A DNA stretch of 64,000 bases from Candidatus Altimarinota bacterium (GTDB lineage: Bacteria > Patescibacteriota > Gracilibacteria > 1-14-2-50-48-13): assembly GCA_046314355.1 (NCBI GenBank), contig JBKBWQ010000001.1:768001-832000 (forward strand). Direction: 5' to 3'. Under the pieces are notes generated by a model. That model had not been told where the DNA came from. It made no database searches and saw only the letters and a program-made list of their open reading frames with translations. A program made the translations under genes and the position numbers. Shown piece by piece: positions 61,270 through 64,000 of this stretch. Each line of letters begins with the position of its first letter. Position 1 is the first letter of the stretch.

Positions 61270-63195
61270 TTACTCCTTCACTTCCCCTTCAATCACATCA
61301 TCCCCTTCTTTCTTCTTCTCCTTCACCGTAGTCCCATCATCCTCAGCCGTTGCCCCTTCGGCACCAGCTCCCGGAGTTCCCTCCTGAGGCTGCTGCTTGT
61401 AGAGCTCCTCTCCTATCTTCATCGCAACATCAGAGAGTTCAGTAGTCGCCTTCTCAATATCTTCCTTAGAAGCATCTTCCTTAGCGAGTACTTCCTTCAA
61501 TGCCGCAATCTTCTCCTCTGATCCCTTCTTCATCTCATCCGTAGCCTTGTCTCCAAGATCCTTCAGAGATTTTTCAGTCATATAGATAGTCTGCTCAGCA
61601 TGATTTCGTGCCTCCACAGTTTCCTTTCGTTTCTTGTCATCAGCCGCATGAAGCTCAGCCTCCTGCTGCATCTTCTTGATCTCCTCCTCTGAAAGACCGC
61701 TTGATCCCTGGATCGTGATCTTCTGCTCTTTGCCGGTTCCCTTGTCCTTTGCAGATACATGGAGGATACCGTTGGCATCGAGGTCGAAAGTTACTTCAAT
61801 CTGAGGTACTCCTCGTGGAGCTGGCGGGATACCGTCGAGGACGAATCGTCCAAGAGATTTGTTATCCTTTGCGAACTCTCTCTCTCCCTGTACTACATGG
61901 ATCTCTACCGCAGGCTGAGAGTCAGCTGCTGTGGAGAATACCTGTGACTTGGAAGTTGGGATCGTAGTATTTCTCTCGATAAGCTTTGTAGCTACTCCTC
62001 CCATAGTCTCGATACCGAGTGAGAGTGGAGTAACGTCGAGAAGAAGTACATCTTTTACATCTCCCATAAGGATACCTCCCTGGATCGCAGCTCCGATGGC
62101 TACTACTTCATCTGGATTTACGCCCTTATGCGGCTCCTTTCCGAAGAATGCTTTTACCTTCTCCTGGATCATAGGAATTCGAGTAGAACCACCTACGAGG
62201 ATTACTTCATCAATATCTGAAACAGAGAGTTTTGCATCAGCAAGAGCTTTCTTACAAGGCTCCATACTTCGCTCTACGAAAGAAGAAATAAGTTGCTCAA
62301 ACTTCGCTCGTGTGAGCTTAAGGTTGAGATGCTTTGGTCCTGTAGCATCTGCTGTAATAAATGGAATATTGATATCAATCTCAGATGTAGAAGAAAGCTC
62401 CTTTTTTGCTTTCTCTCCCTCTTCCTTGAGACGCTGAAGCGCCATCTGATCCTTTGAGAGATCAATTCCCTGATCCTTCTTGAACTCTTCGACAAGCCAT
62501 TCAATAATGAGCTGGTCAAAGTCGTCTCCACCAAGATGCGTATCTCCATTTGTAGAGAGTACTTCAAAAGTTCCCTCTGGAGAAATATCAAGGATAGAAA
62601 CGTCAAAGGTTCCTCCACCAAAGTCATAGATCACTACCTTCTCTTCCTTCTTCTTATCAAGTCCGTAAGCAAGAGCAGCAGCAGTTGGCTCATTAATAAT
62701 TCTCTTAACATCAAGTCCCGCAATTCGGCCTGCATCTTTAGTTGCCTGTCTCTGCGAGTCATTGAAGTATGCTGGTACAGTGATTACTGCCTCAGTAACT
62801 GGCTGTCCAAGATAAGCCTCAGCATCTGCCTTGAGCTTTCCAAGAACCATAGCAGAGATCTCTGCAGGTTTCTTCTTCTCACCATTAAGCACGATGAGTG
62901 ACTCACCATCACTTCCCTCTGCAGTATCGTATGCGAGGTGACTAGTCTCCTCCTTTACTTCTCCAGCCTGTCGTCCGATGAGACGCTTTGCAGAATAGAT
63001 AGTATTCTTTGGGTTAGTCACTGCCTGTCGCTTTGCGATCTGTCCTACAAGTCTCTCTCCATTCTTTCCAAGTGCAAGTACAGAAGGTGTAGTTCTATTT
63101 CCCTCTGCATTTGGGATAATCACAGCCTCTCCACCTTCCATCACAGCTACCGCTGAGTTTGTCGTTCCTAGGTCAATTCCAATAATCTTACCCAT
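61270..63195 (-). CDS. dnaK: molecular chaperone DnaK
   Basis: [40 protein letters not shown]; true start ATG at 63195. Confidence 0.98.
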   Translation of the reverse strand: MGKIIGIDLGTTNSAVAVMEGGEAVIIPNAEGNRTTPSVLALGKNGERLVGQIAKRQAVTNPKNTIYSAKRLIGRQAGEVKEETSHLAYDTAEGSDGESLIVLNGEKKKPAEISAMVLGKLKADAEAYLGQPVTEAVITVPAYFNDSQRQATKDAGRIAGLDVKRIINEPTAAALAYGLDKKKEEKVVIYDFGGGTFDVSILDISPEGTFEVLSTNGDTHLGGDDFDQLIIEWLVEEFKKDQGIDLSKDQMALQRLKEEGEKAKKELSSTSEIDINIPFITADATGPKHLNLKLTRAKFEQLISSFVERSMEPCKKALADAKLSVSDIDEVILVGGSTRIPMIQEKVKAFFGKEPHKGVNPDEVVAIGAAIQGGILMGDVKDVLLLDVTPLSLGIETMGGVATKLIERNTTIPTSKSQVFSTAADSQPAVEIHVVQGEREFAKDNKSLGRFVLDGIPPAPRGVPQIEVTFDLDANGILHVSAKDKGTGKEQKITIQGSSGLSEEEIKKMQQEAELHAADDKKRKETVEARNHAEQTIYMTEKSLKDLGDKATDEMKKGSEEKIAALKEVLAKEDASKEDIEKATTELSDVAMKIGEELYKQQPQEGTPGAGAEGATAEDDGTTVKEKKKEGDDVIEGEVKE

Positions 63196-63221
63196 AAATA
63201 TATGTTTAGTAAATATCTTAA

Positions 63222-63262
63222 TTAGCACTCATAATTATAGAGTGCTAATTTTTTACAGTCAA
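63222..63262 (-). promoter_or_regulatory. CIRCE operator overlapping the sigma70 promoter of dnaK
   Basis: Perfect TTAGCACTC-N9-GAGTGCTAA (63222-63248); TTGACT-N17-TATAAT with the -10 inside the CIRCE spacer. Confidence 0.92.
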
Positions 63263-63317
63263 GAATAATTTATGAAAAAGATGGTGATCTAAAGGAGCAG
63301 TACAGCAAGAAAGATCG

Positions 63318-63578
63318 TTAATCACCAAAGAGTTTAGCATTTTGGCTGCTCTCAATAGAAATATTGCTGTTTATTACTAGGTCATCCGGCATTAAAAAAG
63401 GATTGTTTTGATTCGTGCTCAAATACTCATTAGTTTCACGGTTAGTCGTGGTCTCAAGATTAACATTTACATTTCCTGAGAATTCTCCATTGATATTGCT
63501 GTTTGCAGTACCTCCGCATGAGGTAAACAGCACTATGGATGCTGCAGCGACAGCAATACCTTTAAAGTATTTTTTCAT
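63318..63578 (-). CDS. small Asn-rich lipoprotein
   Basis: Lipobox FTSC, NxNxN tracts. Confidence 0.7.
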   Translation of the reverse strand: MKKYFKGIAVAAASIVLFTSCGGTANSNINGEFSGNVNVNLETTTNRETNEYLSTNQNNPFLMPDDLVINSNISIESSQNAKLFGD

Positions 63579-63614
63579 AGATAAATTTAGATAAATGATA
63601 ATATTGAAAGCAGA

Positions 63615-63989
63615 CTATTGTCCTCCTGGTCCTCTATTGTCCATACTACCTCTTCCTGAATTATCATCTCCGCTTCTATCATTGTTATCACTACTGCCTC
63701 GATTATTATCTCCATCTAAACTTCGATACTCTCCATTATTATCTTCACGTTGATTGTCATTCCTATTCTCTTTTTTGTCTTTATCATCTAAACGGTCATC
63801 CTTACCGTTCAGATTAAAGTTTAAGTCAAAGTTATCATTTATGTTTGCTGATGATGTCACAGGAGCAAGATCTGGAATACGGTTTACATTAAAATTCTGA
63901 TTCACGCTTTCATTTACCACTGTACTGCAAGAAGCAAGAATACATACAACAACGAGCATTCCTCCTAACTTTTTTGAATGATCTTTCAT
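63615..63989 (-). CDS. small lipoprotein with Asp/Asn/Gly-rich tail
   Basis: Lipobox LASC; DNNRGSS/DDNSGRG repeats. Confidence 0.65.
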   Translation of the reverse strand: MKDHSKKLGGMLVVVCILASCSTVVNESVNQNFNVNRIPDLAPVTSSANINDNFDLNFNLNGKDDRLDDKDKKENRNDNQREDNNGEYRSLDGDNNRGSSDNNDRSGDDNSGRGSMDNRGPGGQ

Positions 63990-64000
63990 GGGATAATTTT

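Overview
Bacterial chromosomal DNA, AT-rich. It reads in the standard code: TGA ends umuD (in an ATGA overlap with umuC), tnpA and the peroxiredoxin gene. The gene mix (TrmB regulator, many SLH surface proteins with TGSG and NxN low-complexity tails, many orphans) suggests a CPR/Patescibacteria genome, possibly Gracilibacteria/Peregrinibacteria-related; this is inference. Housekeeping genes: ftsA-ftsZ, murB, family-4 UDG, polA (split in two), lspA, umuDC, mgtE, dnaK (with a perfect CIRCE) and tmRNA. There are two IS200-type copies, one intact and one decayed. No rRNA, tRNA, CRISPR array or prophage was seen. Best leads: (1) an ice-binding-type adhesin fused in one chain to its own LPKTG motif and a class F sortase; (2) an unannotated ~312-nt structured RNA with its own promoter and an 11-bp closing helix, near tmRNA; (3) a mitochondrial-type Tam41 CDP-DAG synthase; (4) a two-piece Pol I whose nuclease half ends in a beta-clamp-like motif (QMSIF); (5) a circularly permuted HAD hydrolase; (6) a PIN-less archaeal-type PINA ATPase; (7) paired ECF-sigma-like promoters and a duplicated leader with a covarying hairpin. 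All family calls come from motifs recognised by eye; no database searches were run.
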